A DNA stretch of 64,000 bases from Actinomycetota bacterium. Its GTDB lineage: Bacteria; Actinomycetota; Actinomycetes; S36-B12. Position 1 is the first letter of the stretch. Each line of letters opens with the position of its first letter. The notes beneath the pieces were generated by a model. That model was given only the letters and a program-made list of their open reading frames with translations. It did not search any database and was not told the DNA's origin. Below, piece after piece: positions 37,313-46,684 of the stretch. Made by a program: the position numbers and the translations under genes. Location: assembly GCA_005798555.1 (NCBI GenBank), contig SYJA01000024.1, positions 28,735 to 92,734 of the forward strand. The letters are read 5' to 3'.

Positions 37313-37504
37313 ATGGCCCTATACACCTGCCCAAAGTGCAATATGTCCGTCAACACCACCTGTGGTGCATGCAGCGCTGACTTAGCCGATGCGACGCTCA
37401 CCAAAGACGACGGCTCAACCGTTGCGATTTCACAGTGCCCAAATGGGCACGGGAAAATCAAGTCTCCCCTTTGCTGCGGCGCTGATATGAGTTGCTCGGT
37501 TTAG
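37313..37504 (+). CDS. Cys-rich small protein (zinc-ribbon-like N-terminus, CC-containing C-terminus)
   Basis: 63 aa: YTCPKCNMSVNTTCGAC…CPNGHGKIKSPLCCGADMSC. It has 9 Cys plus 2 His and no family I can name. Confidence 0.45.
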   Translation: MALYTCPKCNMSVNTTCGACSADLADATLTKDDGSTVAISQCPNGHGKIKSPLCCGADMSCSV

Positions 37505-37719
37505 TTTTCAGGCTCAGCCAAGCGCCCCTCTAGGTGCTGCTCCATTGCCGATTATTCGGTGCAATTGGGTCAAGTCATGCCCCTGCCGGTCCAATATGCA
37601 GTAGATATAGGGTACGTGCCGCCAAAAAGGAGTAGGCCATCTCTATCCTGCAGGAAGTAGCCGTTGGCGAGCCCGACCCAATAGGCGGGCGGCAGGTCAA
37701 TGGCTCGACTCTCAAACTC

Positions 37720-38673
37720 GTGGGCAGTAAGGTACTGCGCGCTTTCATCACCCTCGCCTTCGTTGTCATTTTTAATTTCTTCCTCTTTCGCATGCTGCCC
37801 GGTGACCCGATCGGCCTCTACGCGCGTGGGCGCAACCAGGACCCGGAGCAACTAGTTGAGTTGCGCAGGGCGCTGAATAAACCCCTGCTGGAGCAGTTCC
37901 TCACCTATCTCCGCAACCCGTTCGATTCAACAATCGACTCGACTCGCTTTTCCAGACCGGTCTGGGAGATGATCGGCGAGCGAGTTTGGCCCACCCTCTT
38001 GCTCCTCGGTACCGCCATCTTGTTGGCGTCACTCATCGGCATCTGGATCGGCATCCGTGCCGGCTGGAAGCCTGGTGGCAGGTTTGATCGCATGTCGACG
38101 AGCACCACGTTGATCCTCTACTCCATGCCGGAGTTTTGGCTCGGCATGATGCTGCTTATCGTCTTCTCGGTTGGTGCTTTTGGTATCCCCGGGATGTTTC
38201 CGGTTGGCGGGATTGCCAGCCCCGGAGTCGACACCTCTAGCCCGGTGGGCTGGCTGAACGTGCTGCGGCATCTGGTGCTGCCCTGCACGACCCTGGTGCT
38301 TATCTATCTGGCCGACTACGCCTTGGTCATGCGCGCCTCCCTGATTGACGAACGCAGGCAGGAGTACTTGACCCTCGCTCGCGCTAAGGGCCTGCGCGAC
38401 ACCTCGGTACGCAAGCGTCATGCAGTGCCAAATGCCTTACTGCCGACCGTCACCTTGATTTTCTTGTCATTAGGTTTCGTAGTGACCGGCGCGATCACCG
38501 TGGAGACCGTTTTCTCCTGGCCGGGACTAGGTCTACTCACCTATGAGGCACTGCGCGGGCCGGATATTCCACTCTTGCAAGCGATCTTCTTGATGTTCTC
38601 CATCGCCGTTATCGTCGCTAACCTCATCGCGGAACTGCTCTATGTGGTATTCGATCCGCGGGTTCGCTCATGA
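37720..38673 (+). CDS. ABC transporter permease (Opp/Dpp B-type)
   Basis: GTG start. N-terminus …FLFRMLPGDP. EAA-loop region ARAKGLRDTSVRKRHAVPNALLP. 317 aa. Confidence 0.9.
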   Translation: MGSKVLRAFITLAFVVIFNFFLFRMLPGDPIGLYARGRNQDPEQLVELRRALNKPLLEQFLTYLRNPFDSTIDSTRFSRPVWEMIGERVWPTLLLLGTAILLASLIGIWIGIRAGWKPGGRFDRMSTSTTLILYSMPEFWLGMMLLIVFSVGAFGIPGMFPVGGIASPGVDTSSPVGWLNVLRHLVLPCTTLVLIYLADYALVMRASLIDERRQEYLTLARAKGLRDTSVRKRHAVPNALLPTVTLIFLSLGFVVTGAITVETVFSWPGLGLLTYEALRGPDIPLLQAIFLMFSIAVIVANLIAELLYVVFDPRVRS

Positions 38674-39545
38674 GTATTTCTACCCAGCGCCGGCGTCTGG
38701 CAGTGGCCCGATTCGCAAATTCATTTCGCAAGGATCGAAGTGGAATGACCGGCGTGGTGATCCTCGCAGTTTTTATCGCCACCGCGATCTTGGCACCGAT
38801 TCTCATCCCGGATGCGGCCCTTGACGTCACCAAGGCCGACGGCGGCAGGTTCGAAGGACCGTCCCTCGGCTACCCACTCGGCACCGATGAATCCGGGCGT
38901 TCCGTCTTGCTGCTGCTTGCCTGGGGCACCCGCATCTCGCTCACTGTCGGCATCGCCGCCACCATTATTTCGATGGTGCTTGGCACCGCATTCGGCATCG
39001 CCGCCGGTCACTTTCGCGGCGCCGGCAGTCATGCTCTGGTCGGCGTGACCGACTGGTTCCTCGTCATTCCCTTCCTTCCCCTGGCGATTGTGCTAGCGAC
39101 CGTATTGGGGCCGAGCACCACCAATCTCATCATCGTCATCGGCATCACCTCCTGGGCCGGCACGGCACGACTTATCCGGGCGCAAACCCTCTCCATCGAA
39201 GGGCGTCCGTACCTGGAACGGTCCAAAGCGCTGGGTGCCGGAAACTGGTACCAGATGTCGCGCCACGTATTGCCCAATGTCTTTCCGTTGGTGCTCGCCA
39301 ACACGACATTGACGGTTGCCATCGTCATCTTGTCCGAGACCACGCTGTCATTCCTTGGGCTCGGCGATCCCCAAGCACCATCTTGGGGGGCCTTGCTTGA
39401 CCGGGCATTCTCATCAGGTGCGGTGAGCCGCGGCGCTTGGTGGTACGTGCTGCCACCAGGTATCTGCGTTGTCCTGGTCGTCCTCGCGTTCACCCTCGTC
39501 GGCCGCGCGATGGAGCGCATCGTGGACCCCCGGCGGGCCTCATGA
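38670..39545 (+). CDS. ABC transporter permease (Opp/Dpp C-type)
   Basis: 4-nt overlap with the upstream permease. PLGTDESGRSVL and ERSKALGAGNWYQMSRHVLPN blocks. 291 aa. Confidence 0.9.
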   Translation: MSISTQRRRLAVARFANSFRKDRSGMTGVVILAVFIATAILAPILIPDAALDVTKADGGRFEGPSLGYPLGTDESGRSVLLLLAWGTRISLTVGIAATIISMVLGTAFGIAAGHFRGAGSHALVGVTDWFLVIPFLPLAIVLATVLGPSTTNLIIVIGITSWAGTARLIRAQTLSIEGRPYLERSKALGAGNWYQMSRHVLPNVFPLVLANTTLTVAIVILSETTLSFLGLGDPQAPSWGALLDRAFSSGAVSRGAWWYVLPPGICVVLVVLAFTLVGRAMERIVDPRRAS

Positions 39546-40519
39546 CACTACTGCAGTTCCGCGACCTCAGCGTTGACTACACCTCAAATGACGGCATCGT
39601 GCCTGCTGTTCGCGGTGTGACACTGGGTGTCGAAGCTGGTGAAATTCTAGGTATCGCCGGTGAGTCCGGGTGCGGCAAGACCACCTTGGCATCCACCGTG
39701 CTGCGCTTACTGCCCGATAGCGCGCAAGTGCGCGGCGAAGTCCTCCTTGATGATATCGATATCTTGACGATGAAGTGGGGCCCGCTACGTGCGGTGCGCT
39801 GGTCGCAGGCAGCCATCGTTTTTCAGGGCGCCTTGCACGCACTTAATCCGGTTCAGCGAATTGGTGATCAGATCGCGGAGCCGATTCGGCTACATCAGAG
39901 CGTGGCCGAAAAGCAGATCAATACCAGAGTGGATGAACTACTGACTCAAGTCGGTCTGCCTGCATCCCGGGCAAAGTCATACCCGCACCAGCTTTCCGGC
40001 GGGCAGCGTCAGCGGGTAATGATTGCGATGGCGTGAGCATGCAAACCCGCCCTGATCATCGCCGATGAGCCCACTACTGCACTTGATGTGATGGTGCAGG
40101 CCCAGGTACTTGAACTACTGACCGGACTCGTACGCGATCTCGGTACCGGGCCAGCTGGTGGCATGGGCATGATTCTCATCAGTCACGACCTTGGGGTGCT
40201 CGGCACTACCTGCGACCGCATTGCTGTTATGTACGCCGGGCAGGTCATCGAGTCTGGCCCGGCACTTGAGATCTTCGACAATCCAAAGCACCCTTACACC
40301 CGCGCACTTGCTGCCGCATTCCCGCGGGTCGGTGACCCGGCGGCTAGATACGCGCCCACCGGGCTGCCCGGTGATCCGCCCTACCCCGGTTACCTGCCTA
40401 ACGGCTGCGCATTTCACCCACGCTGCCCCATCGCCGCCCCGGCCTGCAGCCAGGGCTCCCCGGCCCTCGTCGAGGTGGCACCGCGCCGGATGGCCGCTTG
40501 TTTCGAGGTCGACAGATGA
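39542..40519 (+). pseudogene. Opp/Dpp D-type ABC ATPase interrupted by an in-frame TGA
   Basis: ATGA-coupled start (MTLLQFRDLSV). Walker A GESGCGKT and [14 protein letters not shown], then TGA at 40034-40036, then the same frame continues [18 protein letters not shown] (Walker B) … GCAFHPRCP. Confidence 0.85.
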
Positions 40520-41433
40520 TCATCTCGGCGCAGGATTTATCGGTTTGCTTCGGTGGCCGGGTGTGGGCAGTCGACGGAGTTGATCTTGACATACCCGCCG
40601 GTGAGATAGTCGCACTTGTCGGTGAGTCCGGCTGCGGTAAGACCACTCTCGCGCGCACGCTGCTCGGCTTGGAAAGACCGACTTCGGGAACGGTGTCCTT
40701 CGAAGGGAAACCACTAGCGTATTCGACAAAAGCGCTGAAGCAGTACCGGTCACAAGTGCAGTTGATCTTGCAAGATCCCCTCGGTGCGCTAAATCCAAGG
40801 CACACCGTCTACGACGCGGTGGCAGAAGGTTTGCGGGTGCAGAGCATACCCGGAGACGAAACTGCTCTAGTTGCAGATGCCCTCTCGCGCGCCGGTCTCA
40901 GACCACCGGAACGCTTCTTCATGCGCTTCCCGCATGAGCTATCGGGGGGCCAACGGCAGCGCGTGGTAATTGCTGGTGCGCTGGTACTAAATCCACGTGT
41001 ACTGATCGCTGATGAGCCAGTCTCCAGCCTCGATGCCTCGGTGCGCGGTGAGATTCTCAGTCTCTTGCTCTCACTTCGTGAGGAGTTGGGGCTGACGGTG
41101 CTAGTAGTAACCCATGACCTAGGCCTCGCATGGAATATCGCCGACCGGGTTGCGGTGATGTATCTCGGGCGCATCGTCGAAACCGGCCCGACAGCAGAGC
41201 TACTCACCGATCCGCAACACCCCTACACGAGGGCGCTGCTCTCGGTCGTACCGGATATTTCTCGGACCGAGCCGATCGTGCTGGTAGGCGAGGCACCGGA
41301 TCCAGCTCGCATCCCGGGCGGTTGCCGGTTCCATCCGCGCTGCCCTGAGATCCTGGAGCAGTGCGCTAACACTCCCCTGCCTATCCTCACCCCGTCCAGA
41401 GGTCACGTTGCCGCATGTCTGCGTGCCCAATAA
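40516..41433 (+). CDS. Opp/Dpp F-type ABC ATPase
   Basis: ATGA-coupled start at 40516. [29 protein letters not shown], and a C-terminal GCRFHPRCP oligopeptide-type extension. Confidence 0.9.
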   Translation: [305 protein letters not shown]

Positions 41434-41494
41434 TTGACTGATAGCGTCCCACCTCGTAGCCAATTCTGAGCGTGTCACTCCCGAAGGGAAAGCA

Positions 41495-43885
41495 GTGCAG
41501 TCATTTCGCGTCGTAGTCATTGGCGGGGGAATAACCGGCACCAGCGTGCTCTACCACTTAGCTCTTAAGGGCTGGACCGATATCGCACTCATCGAACGCA
41601 CCGAACTCACCGCGGGATCCAGTTGGCATGCGGCTGGCGGGTTTCACGCCATCAATAACGACACCGTCGTCGCCGCGCTGCAAAGTTACACCATTTCCAT
41701 GTACCCAAAAGTGGCCGAGGAGAGCGGCGTCGACATCGGTCTGAAACTATCCGGCGGCATTGAACTCGCCAGCACCCCAGAACGAATGCGCTGGCTCAAG
41801 GCCGAGGTCGCTTGGCATGAAATGATGGGGCACGAGGGCGTGCGCCTGATGGACGTTGACGAAATCGTTGACCTCGTACCAATTGTCAACCCAGAGGGTT
41901 TGACCGGCGGGCTATTTGATCCTGACGAGGGCAACCTCGACCCAAATGGCGCGGTCTATGCCTATGCCGGTGCCGCTCGTAAACGCGGCGCCACGATCAT
42001 CACCCATAACCGCGTGCTCGGCATGAAGCGCACCCGCGCCGGGTGGGAACTCGAAACCGAGCAGGGCCCGATCCTGACCGAACATGTGGTGAACGCCGCC
42101 GGCATGTGGGGGCGCAAGGTTGGCAACATGGTTGGCATCAACCACCCGGTCACCCCGATCCTGCATCACTACCTGGTCACCGAAGACGTACCGGAGATCA
42201 TGGCTATCGATTGGGCGATGCCGGCTGTCACGGATCTTGAAGGCTGGACTTACCTGCAACGTGAACAAAATGGCGCGGTACTTGGTGTCTACGAATCAAA
42301 TCCCGCGCACTGGCATCCCGAAGGTGCTCCGTGGGATTACGGCGCAAAATTGCTGCCGCCAGATATCGACCGGATTGCCACCGAGTTGGAGATCGGGTTC
42401 GCACGCTTCCCGGCCCTTGCCAGCGCGGGCATCAAGCGCTGGGTTCATGGCGCATTCGCCATTACCCCGGACGGCAACCCCCTTGTTGGTCCGGTGCGCG
42501 GTCTGCCCGGGTATTGGGCGGCCGCAGGTGTCATGGCCGGGTATTCGCAAGGCGCCGCGGTCGGTCTAGCGATCGCGAACTGGATCGTCGACGGTGACCC
42601 TGGCGATGATGTCTATGCCATGGATGTGGCCAGGTTCGGTGATTGGGCCGCATCGGACGACTACCTACTGGCCACCACTTACCAGTTTTATGCTCGACGA
42701 TTCTTGACCACCTACCCGCATGAGCAACTACCGGCCGGACGACCGCTGCACACCACACCGGCGTATGCGGACCTCAAGGCCGCAGGTGCCCAGTTCGGCG
42801 CCACCTGGGGCCTGGAGGTGCCCCAATTCTTCGGACCTTTGGACTTCGAGCATATGCCGTCACTGCAGCGGGACAATGCCTTCCCGCATATCGCACGCGA
42901 GGTGGCGGCTGTTCGAAATGACGTTGGCGCATATGAAACCGGCGTCTACTCCCGCTACCAGATCAGTGGTCCCGGTGCCGCCGCGTGGCTCGACAACCTG
43001 CTTGCCGGGCGCATTCCCGCAGTCGGTCGCATGGGGCTCACGCCGATGCTGCATCCAAAAGGCACCCTCATGGGCGACCTATCAGTTACCCGCCTGGCGG
43101 AGGATCGCTTCTGGGTTATCGGCTCCTACTACCTCCAAGAATGGCACCAGCGCTGGTTCACCGAGAACCTCGTCGATGACGTGACGATCGAGAACCTCTC
43201 CGATGCCTGGCTCGGTTTCGCGGTTTCTGGGCCCCGGTCACGTGATGTGGTAGCACATTTGACCGGCCAAGATATGTCGACTTTCAGGTTCATGGACGCT
43301 CGACTGATCGATGACATGCTCAGCGACGGCATGCTCATTGCGCGAATGTCACTTGCCGGCGAACTCGGCTATGAATTGACAGTTCCTGCAGACAAGCAGG
43401 CTGAACTTTGGCGCCGGCTCGCTGGGCTCGGTGTCACCCCCATTGGCGACAGAGCAATCGATAGTTTGCGCATTGAAAAGGGCTTCGGTATCTGGTCCGC
43501 CGAATTCACCCAGGCATATACCCCCGGGGAGACCGGCCTAGATCGTTTCATCGACTGGGACAAGGGCGACTTCATCGGACGCGAGGCCGCGCTGGCGGAA
43601 CGGGCTCGCGGTGCCGCAAGGCAGTTGGTGACACTGGATCTCGGTGCTACCGAGTCTGATGCGGTGGGCGACGAACCGGTCTGGTTGGGTGCGCGAGTCG
43701 TCGGTATCGTCACGTCTGGCTCCTACGGCCACCATGTCGGCAGCAGCCTGGCCCTCGCCTTGGTCGACACTGAGGTTGTCGAAAGCGGTGCGAAGGTCGA
43801 GGTCTCGGTAATCGGTGAACGCCAACTCGCCCGGATCCTCACCGAACCCGCCTACGACCCCAGCGGCTCGAGGATGCGCGGCTAG
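41495..43885 (+). CDS. Dimethylglycine/sarcosine dehydrogenase-like enzyme (DAO-type FAD domain fused to GcvT folate domain)
   Basis: VVVIGGGITGTS dinucleotide fold. SSWHAAGG (covalent-FAD His context). C-terminal aminomethyltransferase domain (…RMSLAGELGYELTV…LRIEKGF…). 796 aa. Confidence 0.85.
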   Translation: MQSFRVVVIGGGITGTSVLYHLALKGWTDIALIERTELTAGSSWHAAGGFHAINNDTVVAALQSYTISMYPKVAEESGVDIGLKLSGGIELASTPERMRWLKAEVAWHEMMGHEGVRLMDVDEIVDLVPIVNPEGLTGGLFDPDEGNLDPNGAVYAYAGAARKRGATIITHNRVLGMKRTRAGWELETEQGPILTEHVVNAAGMWGRKVGNMVGINHPVTPILHHYLVTEDVPEIMAIDWAMPAVTDLEGWTYLQREQNGAVLGVYESNPAHWHPEGAPWDYGAKLLPPDIDRIATELEIGFARFPALASAGIKRWVHGAFAITPDGNPLVGPVRGLPGYWAAAGVMAGYSQGAAVGLAIANWIVDGDPGDDVYAMDVARFGDWAASDDYLLATTYQFYARRFLTTYPHEQLPAGRPLHTTPAYADLKAAGAQFGATWGLEVPQFFGPLDFEHMPSLQRDNAFPHIAREVAAVRNDVGAYETGVYSRYQISGPGAAAWLDNLLAGRIPAVGRMGLTPMLHPKGTLMGDLSVTRLAEDRFWVIGSYYLQEWHQRWFTENLVDDVTIENLSDAWLGFAVSGPRSRDVVAHLTGQDMSTFRFMDARLIDDMLSDGMLIARMSLAGELGYELTVPADKQAELWRRLAGLGVTPIGDRAIDSLRIEKGFGIWSAEFTQAYTPGETGLDRFIDWDKGDFIGREAALAERARGAARQLVTLDLGATESDAVGDEPVWLGARVVGIVTSGSYGHHVGSSLALALVDTEVVESGAKVEVSVIGERQLARILTEPAYDPSGSRMRG

Positions 43886-44703
43886 AAGTAGCCACGGACT
43901 AAGTCCCTCATAAAGGGATTCATGATGTCTTGGGTATGGCCGTAGATCGAGCAGTGGCCCATGCCCTCAAAGAGGTGGAATGTTGCTCCGGGCGCGAGTG
44001 CCGCAACTTCTTCGCCGTCTTGGGGCACCGCCTGCACGTCCTGGTCAAATGCAATTACGTGCATGGGCACCATGCAGGTCTTCAGCTGCTCGCGCTGGTC
44101 GAAGAGCACGCACGGCTCCCATTGCGCAATCAGTGAATCCTCCGCGGTGTCAGTCTCGTAGTACTCGAGGAGTTCATCGCGCAGCTTCGGCCAAAGCACC
44201 GGGTCGCCCAGAACGCGGGCCGGGTAGTACATCGCGGCGTAATGGATGACCGCCATCATGCCGTCAAGGCGGTTACCCGCACGACGCCATTCGATTTCCG
44301 CCATCTGGTAATCCCAGGTCCAGCCCCGGCTCACCGCACCGGTGCCCATCGTGATCACGCACGCGATTAGGTCAGGTCGATCTATCGCCACCTGCTGCAC
44401 GATGCCGCCCCCGAACGACAACCCGATGATTGCCACCGGCGGGGTGCAGACCTCCTCGATCAGGTCGACCACATCTTGCGAAAAGTCAGCAACCGTCCAC
44501 GGCAGCGGTTGCTCTGAGGTGGTCTGGCCGACCCCGCGGCAATCGAAGGTGGTGTTGCGGAACTCACCCTCGAAATACGGCACCTGGTAGGCATCCCAGG
44601 ACCCGATGGTGCCGCCGGCACCCGAAACCCAAACGATGTCAGGTCCGTCGCCAACCTGCTTGTAGTGAATGCGTGCGGAGCGGCCCTCGACGAACTGCCC
44701 CAT
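43882..44703 (-). CDS. Alpha/beta-fold hydrolase
   Basis: 273 aa. Nucleophile elbow GLSFGG and a C-terminal His (GMGHCS). Confidence 0.8.
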   Translation of the reverse strand: MGQFVEGRSARIHYKQVGDGPDIVWVSGAGGTIGSWDAYQVPYFEGEFRNTTFDCRGVGQTTSEQPLPWTVADFSQDVVDLIEEVCTPPVAIIGLSFGGGIVQQVAIDRPDLIACVITMGTGAVSRGWTWDYQMAEIEWRRAGNRLDGMMAVIHYAAMYYPARVLGDPVLWPKLRDELLEYYETDTAEDSLIAQWEPCVLFDQREQLKTCMVPMHVIAFDQDVQAVPQDGEEVAALAPGATFHLFEGMGHCSIYGHTQDIMNPFMRDLVRGYF

Positions 44704-44706
44704 CGG

Positions 44707-46659
44707 CTACTCGCGGTCTTCGCTGGTCGCAGACCGCCGCATCCGCAGCAACAGCACCACGACGATGACTATCGCCAGGGCGGCAACCAGTCCAATGATC
44801 AGACCGGTGCTGTTGCCACCGGATGCGGCCGCTGGTTGCGCTGCGGAGTCGGTGCCACCCGCAGACGGACTCGGCGCGGCGCTAGCCCCCGGCTCAGTAC
44901 TTGGGGCGGCTGATTCCGCGGCACTGGCAGCTAAAACCGGCTCCACGGCAAAGTGCGACCACGTGCCCCACTGATAGATCAAGGTACCGGTGTCCTTTGG
45001 TTGCTGCACCCATCCGGTGAACCGATCATTGCGATATGCCTCAAGGCCATTGGCGTAGTAGGTGATCATGTAGACCGCATCGTCGTACAGCATTTGCTCC
45101 ATGCGCTTGACGATCTCCTGGCGCGCAGCGAAGTCGGTCTCCTGCGCCTGTTGATCAAAGAGCTTGTCGTACTCCGGATTGCAGTAGAAGGAGTCAGACA
45201 AGTTGGCATAGATCGTGCCATCTTCCTCGTAGGATCGATTACCGCAGGTGAATGTGGAGAGCATGTAATTAGGGTCGGGCTCAACACCCCAGCCCCACTC
45301 GAACATGTCGAAGTTACCTTGGCCGACTATCTCGTAGAGTGCATCCTCACTCACACCCTTGAGCTTTACCTCGACACCAATATCCTTGAAGTAGGCCTGC
45401 ACGAACTCCGCTGACTTCTGCGAACTGGAGTCATCGGACTCGGTGCGATAAAGCAGGCGGAAGCTCAACCTGTTGCCGTCGGCGTCAGCGCGGACACCGT
45501 CATCGCCCAACGGGAACCCGGCCGCGTCAAGTAGCTGCCCGGCTTTGGCCGGGTCGTACCCGAATGGGTTCACCGGGTCTAGATGCCACTGCGGGTAGAG
45601 CGGCGGGATAACCGTGGTACCCGGTTGACCTTGGCCATCCAAGACCCTGTCGACGATCGCCTGCCTGTCGATCGCCCAGCTCAAAGCCTGGCGAATCGCC
45701 TTGTTCTTCAGCAGCGGATTGCCATCGCCAATCGGGGTGCCATCGGCAAGTGCCGCACCGCTGTTGAAGGCGACCTCACTGTAACTTGCCGGGGTTGAGG
45801 AAACCGTGGTGATTTCGGGGATCCCTTGCAGGGATTCATAGACGCCGAGATCCAAACCATGCGCTAGGTCGATCTCCCCGGACTTAAGGGCTTGCCCAAG
45901 TGCATCCGGGTTGTTGAAGACTTTGTAAATAATCTCATCGACCGGCCGCTTACCGGCGTACCAGTTTGGATTCGCCTGGAATCTGGTGAATTGACCGGGC
46001 CGGTGCTCCACCATGACATAAGGACCCGAACCCACCGTGGGTGACTGGGGGGTGCCGATATTGGTGTACTTGCGCACCTCCTTGCCGTCTATCGACTCCC
46101 AGATGTGCTTGGGGAGGATGAATACGAAGAGATGGTCCATCACCGGATTCGGCTTGGATATTTCGATTCGTACTGTTAGCTCATCAACCGCTTCGGCGCC
46201 CACCATGCTGGTGACATACGAGCCGAAATTGGTCTTCTCATACTTGCCGTTGATAATCCGGTTGAAGGTGTAGGCCACATCTTCTGCGGTTATCGGCACG
46301 CCATCACTCCACTTCATCCCGGGGCGTAGCTTGTAGGTCCAGGACTTCTTGTCGGCCGACTCCTCCCATGATTCGGCAAGCCCCGGGACGATCGAGAAAT
46401 CATCGGCCGCGTATTGCGTCAACGTCGGGTATTGCAGGGTGAAAGTCTCATACGCGAGCGATGACAGCCCGGTGAAGGGGTTCGCCGAGTCGATATCCTC
46501 GCCAATCCCGATTGTTAATACCACCGGCTCGTCGGCCGCGGCAATCGGCGAGACTGCTAGCGGTAAACCAACTAGGACAGCCAGAAAACCGGCGGTGATA
46601 ATGCGGATGCGCGACACCTGCACTCCTAATGGGTTGAACTGGGGTTGGCTAAGACTCAA
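44707..46659 (-). CDS. ABC transporter substrate-binding protein, family 5 (peptide/nickel/opine type) with C-terminal transmembrane anchor
   Basis: Sec signal (…SPIAAA/DEP) and an SBP_bac_5-like body. An Ala/Ser/Pro linker and a hydrophobic helix LIIGLVAALAIVIVVVLLL follow, then RMRRS. Confidence 0.85.
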   Translation of the reverse strand: MSLSQPQFNPLGVQVSRIRIITAGFLAVLVGLPLAVSPIAAADEPVVLTIGIGEDIDSANPFTGLSSLAYETFTLQYPTLTQYAADDFSIVPGLAESWEESADKKSWTYKLRPGMKWSDGVPITAEDVAYTFNRIINGKYEKTNFGSYVTSMVGAEAVDELTVRIEISKPNPVMDHLFVFILPKHIWESIDGKEVRKYTNIGTPQSPTVGSGPYVMVEHRPGQFTRFQANPNWYAGKRPVDEIIYKVFNNPDALGQALKSGEIDLAHGLDLGVYESLQGIPEITTVSSTPASYSEVAFNSGAALADGTPIGDGNPLLKNKAIRQALSWAIDRQAIVDRVLDGQGQPGTTVIPPLYPQWHLDPVNPFGYDPAKAGQLLDAAGFPLGDDGVRADADGNRLSFRLLYRTESDDSSSQKSAEFVQAYFKDIGVEVKLKGVSEDALYEIVGQGNFDMFEWGWGVEPDPNYMLSTFTCGNRSYEEDGTIYANLSDSFYCNPEYDKLFDQQAQETDFAARQEIVKRMEQMLYDDAVYMITYYANGLEAYRNDRFTGWVQQPKDTGTLIYQWGTWSHFAVEPVLAASAAESAAPSTEPGASAAPSPSAGGTDSAAQPAAASGGNSTGLIIGLVAALAIVIVVVLLLRMRRSATSEDRE

Positions 46660-46684
46660 GTTGGCTGGCTACTTCCCTTTTCTA

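Noticed and set aside
40034-40036. The in-frame TGA in the ABC ATPase as selenocysteine, or as evidence of TGA reassignment.
   Set aside because: The position aligns with a conserved hydrophobic residue rather than a redox Cys. I saw no SECIS-like hairpin immediately downstream. TGA also serves as the genuine stop of many well-delimited genes in the window, such as 36581-36583 and 39543-39545.
43882-43885. Convergent genes sharing the palindromic tetranucleotide CTAG as both stop codons. Compare TAGCTA at 16272-16277.
   Set aside because: This is a compact-genome coincidence of convergent stops. I found no associated structure or motif.
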